The notes under the pieces: model-generated
The model's input: the letters and a program-made list of their open reading frames with translations, nothing else
Told to the model about the DNA's origin: nothing
Database searches by the model: none
Part shown: in pieces, positions 31,210-43,697 of the stretch
Position numbering within the stretch: position 1 is the stretch's first letter
How the letters are laid out: each line of letters opens with the position of its first letter
NCBI GenBank assembly: GCA_903813345.2
Contig: CAIIXF020000001.1
Location: 23,312,001 to 23,376,000, forward strand
DNA length: 64,000 nt
Reading direction: 5' to 3'
Origin: Owenia fusiformis
Taxonomy: Eukaryota
Translations under genes and position numbers: made by a program

Positions 31210-34200
31210 ATGGTCAGAAAAAACAACAAAGGATATGCCACCATACGGAGAAGAAAGGGAACGCTTCATTTTCATCCAAAGTCACCTGCAGAATCCGATG
31301 TTGAAGATTCTATTCAGCCTGATGAAAATGTTATTAAAGTCTCTGTACTACAGAAGATTATGTCGTCAGAGAAACGACTTTTCTTGGGTTTGGTTGCATT
31401 TCGCTGCATCAACGCACTGATGATTCAGACGTCATTTGTTCCCGATGAATACTGGCAATCATTAGAAGTGGCACATAACATGGCATTTGGGTAGGGTTCT
31501 AATACGATTCATGAAAAACTTCTGGCACAAATTGAACTGTTTTTTTGTCAAATAGAAACTACTAAACTAAACTAAACTATACATTTAGGATTATTTCATT
31601 GTTTCTTGTCTACCATAGAATTTCATAGGTACAATGAAATATGTAAAGTGGAACACCTGTATAAGTGGAACATTTCAGAGTCCCAAGAATGACTTACTTA
31701 CTGTTAAATAATCCTCTATAAGTGGAATACCTCCCAAGTGTACCACATATGTTCCTCTTAGACAGGATTTACTGTTCATGTTCATTACATGTGTATATAA
31801 TGAATTGCATATGTTCATTGAAACATTTAGCTAAACCTTAATTAGAACCTTAATTAGAGTAATCTACTAGTATACTGTACTTTCTGTACTTTCTGTCTGT
31901 CATGTCGTATATCTCTTAAATACTGACCAATATTGAAGAAAAAAAGTACGAAAACATTACACATGAAACATATCAAGAATAATGATTTATCAAAAGTGTT
32001 ATGTTTTTCAGTTATGGCCACATGACATGGGAATGGAGGAAAGGACTTAGAGGATACACATACCCTTTGCTCTTTTCTATAGTCTACAAAGTACTTGGGG
32101 TCCTGAGATTAGACTATGCTGTTCTACTAGTAAGTAGCTCAGTTTGAAAGAGCTTCCATGTCTTTTGTAATCTTTACCTATACAGATTTCCTCTTAGTAG
32201 TGCCCTGGAAATGATTTTTTCTCGTAATAATTACCAATTTTTCGAAAGTATTTTTGATAAAGTTTTGGCCATTATATTCATAAAAAGACTTTAATCTATG
32301 TGAAGTTTTTTGTTGGATATCATGTGGAGCTTATTGAATTAGACACAAGTTTCAATGGGTATACAATGAGTTTGTTAGCATCATCTGTGTTATGTTACCC
32401 TAAAATGAATTGTAGGTCTACTAACAAATTAAACAATGTGTATAGTGCAGTGCATGTATTGGATTTTAGTATACTCTTTGCATCACCTTATCCTAATTTG
32501 TCCTCTGTAACTAACTTTATTAACATAGTCCCATACGCGCGTTAATGGTACAATTAAAACATACATGACATTATGTAATTTATATTTTATTTGTAAGGTA
32601 AAGTTGCCCAGGATTATTCAAGGTATCGCTACGGCATTCTGTGATCTCTACACCTATAAACTTAGTAAGAAACTATCAGATGGCAAAACTGCTCAATACA
32701 CCCTGCTCTGCCAGTTGATGTCTTGGTTCATGTTCTACTGTGGCCCAAGGACTGTTACTAACTCCATGGAGACAACACTTTGTGTCATAGGCCTCTATTT
32801 CTTCCCCTGGCCTGGGACCTCAAGGTAACTGCCAAAGTTTATTCAGACTGAGATATATTGTCTCATATATTGCTACTAGATTTTAGCCTTGCTTCAAGAC
32901 TCTGGACCTCCCCTCCTTATCTACTTCACGAACGCAGCACTTGTAGTTGGGGGGGGGGGGCTCACAAGGGTTTGTAGCTTGGCTATTAGATATTAATTCT
33001 CTAGAGTACCAAATTAATGTTTTTTTGTTTCCCTAGATATTATCTTTTAGATATTCTACATGAAGGATTTCTTAATACATGAAACCTGTATGTCATATTG
33101 TACAATGTCCCTACTTCTATGCAACAAATTTTCAATTATAAGACTTATAATATACATCTTTTGAGTGTTCATTATTGTTTTGTTCATTATTGTTTAAGGA
33201 AGACACAGCTAGAGTTCATTCTTCTTGCTGCTCTTTCAATCATTGTCCGTCCAACAGCCGCCATTCTGTGGCTCCCTCTATTCTGCTGGCACATGTGGAT
33301 GATGCGAGACATCCCCTTTAAGATGATCAAACTTTACATGGGCGTTGGGTAAGCATTTTGTACCATTACTGGAACAAAGAAATATATAAATCTTTACTGT
33401 TGAAAAAGTTTTGATGGAAAATTCACAAAAAAATGTAAAAGATCCTTTTATTGTTGTTTTTCATGTATTTTTGATTTTCTTTCTGTTTCAGTCTCGTTTC
33501 AGTTCTCTGTTCTTTCTGGATTGACCATGTCTTCTATGGTAGATGGGTGTTTGTCCAGTACAACTTCCTTGAGTTCAATGTGCTACATGACATGGGGTCA
33601 TTCTATGGGTCCCACCCTGCCCATTGGTACCTGACTCAGGGCCTCCCTGTAGTGCTAGCTACTCACACCATTCCATTCCTCATGGGGCTCCCAAGGATCA
33701 GGCACCCCGCAGTGCTGGCCATCATTGTTTGGCTGCTCTTTGCATATAGGTACAGTACACAATATCTTGATTATAAGTTATATGTGGACATAGAAAAAAC
33801 AGTTTTACCAAAAATTAAAATTCTTGTTAAGTATTAAAGTAAAATTGATTTTATATAATAACAGACTAAACAGAGCACTTCTTGAACTTTATCTAATAAA
33901 CATTCGTGAAAGGTGATAAACTTTCTTGAATATTCCTGATTGGGTAATGTAAGTCTAATCTACTTATATTTCTTTTTTACTACCATTACAGTTACTTACC
34001 AAATACTGTAAGTAGCAACAGTTGCTCACAATGAGTATTGGTCATGATTGTTTCTTTTTTCTTCCAGTATGCTGGGTCACAAAGAGTTCAGGTTCATCAT
34101 GCCAATCTTGCCTCTGTGTATGCACATCTGTGGCCGCTATATCAGCTATGTGGTCAGGGAGTGGGGGAAAGAAATCACAATAGAACCCCTGCATCACCTT

Positions 34201-36172
34201 GTCCCCAACCTGCCTCCAGACTCCACTATACAGGAGACTGATGAAGCTGCTGGAGATATGGGGGAAGGCATGAAAGATACTGAAGAAACATCTAAACCTA
34301 CTGAGGAAACATCCCAAGATAATGGTGAAACAGCTAAAGATACCAATGAGAGTATATCTATTAAGGATAGTTCCGATGTACCAAAATCCAAATCCAAAGA
34401 GAGTGAAAATAAAAGTGATGTTAAACCTGAGTCTATTGATAAATCTGATGAGAATAAAAGTGACAAGCCAGATGCAACAACAAATGAAAGTGCAATAACA
34501 GCAACTAACGCAAATCAGGAGAGTAAACTTGACCCAAAAATGAAAGATGGGAGTGATGAAAAGATTGTCAATGACAGTGACTCAAATGACCAAAATAAAA
34601 GCATGGGTAAAGAAACCAAAGACAAATCCAATGCAAAATCAAAACATTTTAACAAAACTTCACAAAAGAAATCTCAGAAAGACGCAAATGTCTCTAAATC
34701 TCATTCTGCAATATCTTGTTTTGGAAAAATACACAAAATCAGACTAAAAGAACTGAAAAAGCAGCTATATACTCTGCTTATAGTTTTTAGAAACTACAAG
34801 TTTGTGAAAGTGTTGGCTTATGTGTATACACGCTGGTTGATACTTCTTCAGCCTGTAATGAAATTACGCTACATTCTAGCAGCACTGCTTATGACAAATC
34901 TACCTATAGCTCTGTACACATGTCTGTTGCATCAGCGAGGCACCATTGATGTTATGAGGTACCTTGCTACGGAGGCAGGGATGCGGCACAACAAAGCAGG
35001 GATGGATGTAATGTTCCTCATGCCATGTCACTCTACGCCATATTACAGGTACAATGATTAATGTTGTTTCTATGATGTACTGCTCTTGCCACATTGAAAT
35101 CACTGAGGCACATCACCTTAAAGATTGTCTTGCCACATTGAAATTACTGAGGCACATCACCTTAAAGATTGTCTTGCCACATTGAAATCACTGAGGCACA
35201 TCACCTTAAAGATTGTCTTGCCACATTGAAATTACTGAGGCACATCACCTTAAAGATTGTCTTGCCACATTGAAATTACTGAGGCACATCACCTTAAAGA
35301 TTGTCTTGCCACATTGAAATTACTGAGGCACATCACCTTAAATATTGTCTTGCCACATTGAAATCACTGAGGCACATCACCTTAAAGATTGTCTTGCCAC
35401 ATTGAAATCACTGAAGCACATCACCTTAAAGATTGTCATAAGACCAAAATACTCCTCAATTCATTTCAATGTTCTTCCTATTTGAAATATAAGGAAATCC
35501 TTAAATGTTGCCCAAAATATGCACAAACCTAAAATATTGCACAAATATTGTTACAATTCTTAGATATTGCTCTAAAACATCTCACAAAAAGTCCTGGGAG
35601 ACCACTTTAATGAAACCTTTTTTATCTTTCCCATGTTTGTTAGTTTTTAAAGGAAAAATATTAAAGCATTGATGATTGACAATAATGACCGCTCATTGTT
35701 GAATACACATGTGATTTTTCTCTCATTACCTTTCAATAAAAACAAATTCAAAGTACTACTCATTATTAAGACATTTGAGTATTTGGATTTTACTTGCATT
35801 TGTAATGAATATGCCAGTACAAATGCTAAATTAAACTCAAGCTCCATCATCTTCGTTTGCAGTTATATCCACCACAACATCAGCATGAACTTCCTCACAT
35901 GCGAACCCAACCTCGACCACCTGCAAAACTACACAGACGAAGCAGACCTATTCTACCAGAATCCAAAACACGTGTTGAGGCAGACATTCCATAATGCGAG
36001 CAGCCTCCCCACCCACCTTGTGATGTTCAATACACTGCATTCCTCTTTGCTGTCTCTCTTAGGAGAGTTTCAATACAGGGACTGTGCTAAGTTTTTCCAT
36101 GCTCATATAATCGATGACTCCAGAGTTGGAAGTCATGTCATTGTTGCCTGCAGGTCTGTTAGGTCTTCATAA
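31210..36172 (+). CDS. PIGB: GPI mannosyltransferase 3, 774 aa
   Basis: join(31210-31490,32012-32129,32598-32824,33199-33348,33492-33749,34068-35048,35863-36172)=2325 nt; phases consistent. Motifs QTSFVPDEYWQSLEVAH, TWEW..GLRGY, RTVTNSMET, RPTA, FYGSHPAHWYLTQG, HKEFRF, HQRG, FLMPCHSTPYYS, FLTCEP. Confidence 0.95.
35084..35437. repeat. 44-bp minisatellite, 8 copies, in the last PIGB intron
   Basis: Unit tcttgccacattgaaat(c/t)actgaggcacatcaccttaaagattg, nearly identical copies. Confidence 0.95.
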
Positions 36173-37845
36173 GAACTATAGAAAACTGCCATTCATTCCA
36201 TCCATTCAGAGGTAAAATAATGTTACATAGGACTCCACATAAGTATCTTTTCGGGGCCCATTACTTAAGCATATTGATTTTAGATTAAGCGACTTGCCCG
36301 GATCAATAATTGGTGAGGCAAAATGGGTGAGGCAAAGAAGATATTAGAGAGGTTTCACACAGAGGGTTAAAGCTAAAATGTATCCGCAAACACATCTTAT
36401 TTAATTGAACTACTACGCATAAATCTGGTGAATGCTTAAAAGATTTTAGGTACACTGGGATAAAAATGTTGTGCGAAACTTCTCTATTATACTTCTATAA
36501 AACAAATTTTGGGTTCAGTCAAAAATAATGTTACAAGTGGTTTTTTTGAAGATTTTGGTGAGGTACTTGTCTAATGCCTGCCTCATAGTTTAGCTATGTT
36601 CATCAGATTCATATATTTTACTGATTTTATGATATTTTCAATTATATCACCAAAAACTATAGATAGATTCAGGTACTCATACCTGTTGATTTATATCAAT
36701 GTTGTTTGTAATGTAGGACAATTGCCAATAGAACAGTGATGTAAAGATTTGTTTTTAAGATAAGCAATAGCCAGCTTTTGCCAAGGGGAGTTCACTTTTC
36801 AAAAATTCCATGGGGGTCACGTTTGACAACTTTGGCCCAAAATTATTTGCAAAATGAAAATGATAACACATTTTGAACAAGTTTTTGTTTTGGCCAAGGG
36901 TCCCCAACCCTCTCCCCCTGACTATGGGCCTGCTGGACAAAATGTGTATTAGGTGCTGCTTACACGTATGTAACCAATAAAACTAAAAAGGGTTCTGTTG
37001 TAGAACTCTCCATCTTTGTCATCATTGTATTTTAATGATTCATTTTAAAAAGGCACCAAGTCAAAGTTAGAGATAGATGTATGAAAGTAACATGGCTTAT
37101 CATGGTATTTCTGTAAGTTTATGACATGAACTAAAAATGTAATAATACAAAGTTTCATTGGAGATGATACTGGAAAACTGCCTCTTATTGTAAGTCACAT
37201 ACATTGAAGAAAAACAACAGAATTTTATTATTTAGATTAAACTTGAGACACTTACTCATATGTTCATGTTGGTAGGGTAATACGTCTCACTTGTATGTTG
37301 TGTAACACTTAGAGTGTTTCTCTAGAAGTATTCTCTCATTCACAGAAATTCATGTTTAAAGATATGTTAATATATTTCACATTTTACATTTCATTATATA
37401 TTACCACATATTTAGTGGAATGCTAAGTACATGTAACTGTTAAATATCAGAGACATGTAGTATTAGTGTTAATGCTGATAGCTTGATGATCATCGACATG
37501 TTTTGTGAATTGTGACTGTGACTTTCTCCCTGTTGCCAACCAGCAAGCATAAGAAGACTGAACAATGAAAGGGCAGTGGCTGTACATGTAATGCTGATCC
37601 TTGATAAACTTGAAATGTTTCTTTTTGGTATTCATAATAATCTGATCACCAATGAACATTTCGTATAAACCTTTTTCTCAAAATATCAGAGCTAGAAAAA
37701 TATTCCTTGCCTTAAGACTTACATGATGAGTTTAAAAAAATTTTAGGTTTAGGGTGACAATTACAGCTACCTGCCCTTTAATATATACCATACTTAAACA
37801 TTTCATTGTTTATCTCAAAAACATATTGAACACTTCAAAACTTCT

Positions 37846-38864
37846 CACACCCGGTGATCGTGAAAATGGGACGGAGGGGGGGAGCAGGCAATTTCCGCTA
37901 GAAAATTCAACAAATCTGGTAAAATTATTTTTTCAAGACAGAGTTTACGATTGAATTGCAAATTGAATAAGCGCACGGTATGATAAAATATGTTAGGTAT
38001 TCTAGGATTATTTTTCAACCGATACTCTTTTAAGATATAAGATCTATTAAAAAAGGCGCAACGCAACCAACGTGCAAAAGTCAAAGTTTTTGCTATAAAT
38101 CAAGCAACAATGGACTACACGACCTGTAATAAATACTTGTAAGTGATGTTATCATAACTAAATTAATGTCATTGCTGAATTTATAAAATAAGTTTCCATA
38201 CGTAAAATAAAAAATAATCGAAAATAATTAAAATGGGACGGAGGGGGGAGGGGACGGAGGGGGGGAGTAATAATTCTATAAAGTGAAACAACTTCACACG
38301 AATTCTTGTATTTGAAAAATGAACTCATTAACTTAGTAAGAAACTGGATGATATACCCCTGGAGACTGAAAAATGGGGACATTTGGAGTAAAAGGACTTA
38401 AAGTCGCGAAACATCTCTAATCATGTCTTATATACATATTGCTCCCCCCCTCCGTCCCCTCCCCCCCTCCGTCCCAAATTCATTATTTTCGATTATTTTT
38501 TATTTCACATATGGAAACTTATTTTATAAATTCAGCAATGACATTAATTTAGCTTTGATAACATCACTTACAAGTATTTATTACAGGTCGTCCAGATCAT
38601 TGTTGCTTGATTTATAGCAAAAACGTTGCTTTGTGCCTGTTGATGGCCTTGCGCCTTTTTTAATAGATCTCATACCTTAGATGCGTATCGCTTCAGAAAA
38701 AATCCCAGAAAACCTAACATATTCTACCATACCGTGTGCCTATCCATTTAGCAATTCAATAGTAAACTTTTTCTTGAAAAAATAAATCTTCCAGATTTGT
38801 TGAATTTCCTAGCAGAAATTGCGTGCTCCCCCCCTCCGTCCCATATTCACGATCACCGGGTGTG
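37846..38864. mobile_element. Palindromic Transib-like MITE (CAC termini, 5-bp TSD)
   Basis: CACACCCGGTGATCGTGAA... / ...TTCACGATCACCGGGTGTG; TSD CTTCT at 37841-37845 and 38865-38869; arms ~420 bp. Confidence 0.85.
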
Positions 38865-39235
38865 CTTCTGTGTCAAGTTCATTTTGGACAGGTGTATTAA
38901 GATTAAGCAAAATAGATGTTTCAGATATATAAGGAAACTGAACTAGACATGAAATCTCTACTCCAAATGACATCAGTTTAGTTCAACATTAGCATCAAAT
39001 TCAAAAGTCTTCAGCTTACATAACTGAGATTTACTTACCAAATAAGGTGCATATATACATATAATATATGTTTGTTTGTTTATTGTGTATTGTTATTTTG
39101 CACCTCACAATATTATGTAGAAATGACTGTGATATTTTTTATCAATACCAAACATTTTAAATAAAGGATAAGTACTTATTATTACTTTAATGAAATGACC
39201 TTAATTGTTCCATGAAACAGAAAAGCCATATGTGT

Positions 39236-39417
39236 CGGGCCTGTAGCCAGGATTTGCCAAGAGGGGATTCAGTTTTCCAAAATTTGGCCCAAATATGGCT
39301 AAAATCACTTGAGAAATGCTCAAAATGGTGAAAAACTGCATGATTTTGAAAGAATTTTAGGCCAGGGGGGGGTTCGCCCGAACCCTGCGAACCCCCCCCC
39401 CCCTGGCTACGAGTATG
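39236..39417. mobile_element. hAT-like MITE, same family as 42609-42821
   Basis: cgggcctgtagccagg...cctggctacg termini; interior aligns with 42609-42821; TSD not clear. Confidence 0.7.
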
Positions 39418-40952
39418 TATTCAGTGCCCTAGAATACAACAAGAATTTGATATGTAAGGATTATGCACTGGGAGGTTTTGGGCACAGAGTTTATCGAGGG
39501 AAATATGTGTTTTTCTTGAGGACTGCAGAGACTTAGGAAGACACACTTATTTCTCAAGCGCAATGAATCATGTATCCAAAACCAACCGTACATAACAGAT
39601 GCATTCAAAACTGAGGTTCTACGTTCAGGGTGTCCCAAATAATAGTCTACTGAGTTAAACATGGAAGAACTCTGTGAGTGTTGAAGGAATATTTGCAAAA
39701 TTTTCTCATCTGGTAGATAATTCGATCATCATAAATATCTGAGGGTTTCATCATGTAACTCTATTTAGTTTACAAAACTTGTTTTAGAACCATCAACCAT
39801 TTTGCCATGTTTGGAATTGCATTTATTTCCATATTGATTGTGATAGAGGTCATTTGCTCTTGAACTTCTTACCATGTAACATGTGTGAAAATTTAAAGTA
39901 AATCCGTCAATTGGTTTTTCTGGAATCGCGATGACAAAAATGTGAGACTCAGCCAATCCTGCCCGTCAAGCCGAAGACAATATGATACCTTTTTTAGGTA
40001 CGATAAAAATGAAATTTCCAATTATGTCCTTTTTCATATCTTCATATTAAATGAGTATGCAAGCAATCAGTAATATGAAATAAGTAACAGTAGGAATTTA
40101 TGTGAAAAATATATGTTTATTTATTACACATCCTTAATATGATTGATTTCAAACACTCAAGCACATGTACATGTAGTTTGAAAGTTTAACATTGACGAAC
40201 AGCTTTTTGTATGATCACTTTCTACTTTCCCAGTGAACATTGGTCAATTGAATTCAATAGTAGAAAAGAGAATTAAGACACCTCACTGTCACACCTTAAG
40301 AAAGGGGAGGCATCAAAAGTTTGAAGTCTGATAGAACTCTGAGTAAATCTAGTTTCATGTTTGACCATAATCTCAATCATCCCTCATAAAACATGATTTA
40401 TCATCATGGGTAAAAAGTTCAACATTGATAGGGAAGCCATTGGGAACCACATAAAAACAGCCCAAAAGATTGATTCTAAATAATTGGACTAAATTTGGGT
40501 AGGCGAAGGTGTTGAATGAACATTAAACTTGGTCTGAAACCGGGGTCTGAAACCCCCTCCACATACTCAGGTTTTGCATCTAACTTTAAACTTTCGAAGT
40601 CCTACCTCTCATGCTTGTAAGTGTATTTAGCCAGAGCTTTCCTTTAGTGCCATGCACCTAAAACAACAAAACTATGAAGAAATTGTTAGATGTCGCAGAC
40701 TGGTTCTTTAAAAAGTGATTCTTTTAATAGAATGAACAAATTGTTTAACTTTTGTTGACTAGTAGTACTTAGATATACAAATTGCATAAAAAAGAAATAA
40801 AAGGTTACAGTCACTGATCATAACAGATTTTGAAAAAATAAGTCCTGGCTAAATACATCGGCTATTTAAAAAAATCTTGAATATATCAATATATCATATA
40901 CATAAGCAATGATGCTATGGGTAATGGTGATACAAGGACTGTTCAATAAGTA

Positions 40953-42051
40953 CAGGGTGGGCCAAAAAATTTTGCAACTTTTTTAAAAGGCTAAAAAGGT
41001 ATCAAAACATAAGGGTATTGCCATAAAAAATTATTTACAGAAATTTAAGGATAGGCATATTTTACCAATTAAATGCTAAAGCTAAAACTTGCTTCAATTT
41101 TTTTTGTCTGATCTTTGAATATCAATGGTCAATTGTTCAAGTGTCCGAGATTCACCATTTTTCCTAGAAAATGTGACTTTCTATGATTTTATGTGATCAA
41201 CAATAACACATTCATAATGTTCACTAAATCTGCTACAATCTTGGATAACTGTTTAAACAATGTCTACCTCAATGTCTAGTTTATATCGGTATCTAGTCAC
41301 TATGGTATTATGTTATATTGTATTTATTAATTATCTATTAAACAAATGTTCTATGCATCCCCCTTTCACCTTCCCTATCGCTCCAAGCCATCAAGCAAAA
41401 GTCACTTTGGAATATCTGGAGGAGAATAAGCCTTGATTCATTAGTCCTGATGAATGGCTGCCAAATACCCCAGATGCCAACTCCTGTGACTATCACCATT
41501 GGGGGCACCTGGAGGAGCTTATTGCAGTTAATGGTAATCCCCCACAAACTATTGTTAAACTAAAAGAAGTTCTGCAGGAGAAGTGGAGAGAACTACCACA
41601 AGAATCGCTGGATCGCGCCATTGACCAGTTCCGCCCATGTCTCCTTGCGCGATGTTGAGAAGGTGAAATGTGGATGCATAAAATTTGTTTAATAAATAAT
41701 CAATAGATACATAATATCATAATGACTAGATACTGATATAACTGTACTAGACATTGGTTGAACAGTTATCCAAGATTGTAACAGATTTAGTGAACATAAT
41801 GTATGTGTTATTGTTGATCACATAAATGAAACATTTTCTAGGGAAAACGGTAAATCTCGGACACATGAACAATAGACCATTGATATTCAAAGATCTGATA
41901 AAAAAATTGAAGTCCAGTTTAGCTTTAGTATTTAAATGGTAAAATATGCCTATCCTTAAGTTTCTGTAAATATTTTTTTATGGCAATACCCTTATGTTTT
42001 GATACTTTTCTAGCCTTTTAAAAAAGTTGCAAAATTTTTTGGCCCACCCTG
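40953..42051 (+). mobile_element. Tc1/mariner-derived element, TA TSD, ~400-bp inverted arms, transposase C-terminal remnant
   Basis: TA|CAGGGTGGGCCAAAAAAT...ATTTTTTGGCCCACCCTG|TA; ~41437-41690 reads with frameshifts FISPDEWLPNTPDANSCDYHHWG..LKEVLQEKWRELPQESLDRAIDQF, like the WPPNSPDLNPxDY mariner/maT motif. Confidence 0.88.
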
Positions 42052-42608
42052 TACTTACATGAATATTTTCATTTTATAATGAAATTAGGACAAAATTAGT
42101 GGTTATTGAACAGCTTTCAAGCCTAGAAATGTGTTAGGATAGAGTGTCTCTAATTTTTTATTTTAATCTCTTACGATATTTCGATAGATCTTCTTCTACT
42201 TATTTGACACCCTGTAAGGTGCATTTATCTGTTCATGATGTTTTGTTATTTTGCATCTGTTTTGCAATATTATGTATAGTACAAACTCTTGAAATATAAG
42301 TACTTATTATTACAATATTCAAATAAAATGACCTTAATTGATGTTACATGAAACTAAAATGCTATGATATTACGTGTACTTGTATTTCAATTGTCCATAT
42401 ATAACTACAATTTGATATTTGAACATAATTTTAATGATAACTAATACAGGGTTACACAACAATACAACAATCTAATATTTTAAGTGTTATTTTAGTCTAG
42501 CTACAAGTCTATGTGCCCCCCCCCCTCTACTTGACTAAACACCTTCTCACACTTGTAATAGCAAGGAGGGGGGGGGTGACAAAGGCTTGTAGCTAGATAA
42601 GTGCTATT

Positions 42609-42821
42609 CGGGTCCGTAGCCAGGATATGCCAAGGGGGGTTCAATTTTCAAAAATTTCAGGGGGGGTTCACATTTGACAATTTTGGCTCAAATATGGCTA
42701 AAATCACTTTAGAAGTGCTCAAAATGGTGAAAAACTGCATGATTTTGAAAGAATTTTTGGCCAGAGGGGGGGGGGTTCGCTCGAAACCCTGTGAACCACC
42801 CCCCCCCTGGCTACGGGCCTG
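42609..42821. mobile_element. hAT-like MITE with 5-bp TSD
   Basis: cgggtccgtagccagg / cctggctacgggcctg; CTATT on both sides (42604-42608, 42822-42826). Confidence 0.75.
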
Positions 42822-43240
42822 CTATTTGAATAATTTCTGAATTACTCGCATATATATCATCCATCATATATTATATCTACTGTCCTTTCATAGAATATCT
42901 TTGTAAATCATGATGAACTGACTTATTTATTTTGTAAATACTGACAAATACAGATTCAGACTTTCACAATTACTTTATCTTACTAAATCTCAAAATCATT
43001 AATACAATGTACAGAAACTACTTCAATGTATTGCGCATTGAACTCTCTAATATATCTACAAAAAAAATCCATGAAGATTTTCCATCATAATTTAAAGTTA
43101 TTCCAAAATTAGTTGGTTGAATTTTTTGTGTCACCCTGTATAATGACTGCATGATGCCTTTTAGCATTATAGAATAAATTGATACAGAAGTTAAATATTG
43201 ATATGCAAAGTTGAGTGGATTCACATTCTTAAAGCAAGAA

Positions 43241-43546
43241 CAAGTAAGTACCAGTTTAAATAAAATACCAGTTTAAAATGAGTACCAGTTCAAAGTAAGT
43301 ACCAGATAAAATAAACTACCTGTTTAAAATGAGTACCAGTTTAAAGCAAGTACCATTTCATAGTGAGTACTCGTAGCTCAAAGTAAGACCAAGTTCAAGT
43401 GAGTACCAGTTAAAATTAAGTACCAGTTTAAAATGAGTACCAGTTCAAAGTAAGTACTACTTCAAAGTGAGTACCAATATTAAAAGTAAGAACCAATTCA
43501 GTGAGTACTAGGTAAAAGTAGGAACAAATTCAAAGTGAGCACCAGT
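43241..43546. repeat. Degenerate ~16-bp tandem repeat (aaagt(a/g)agtaccagtt)
   Basis: Roughly 18 diverged copies visible directly. Confidence 0.85.
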
Positions 43547-43697
43547 GAAGCTTGGTCAAACATCTACATTAAGGTTCTTTAAGAATGTGACCTCTTTAAA
43601 AGTTATACTGTACATGAAGATTGTATTCAAAGCAATACTTATGTTTCAGCAGATATCATTTCAAAGCCTTTTACATATGATCTTCTCCCCCTCATCA

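Noticed and set aside
36200-43690. Additional protein-coding gene between PIGB and the fasciclin gene
   Set aside because: Only short ORFs, mostly within MITEs; no coherent exon chain or recognisable domain.
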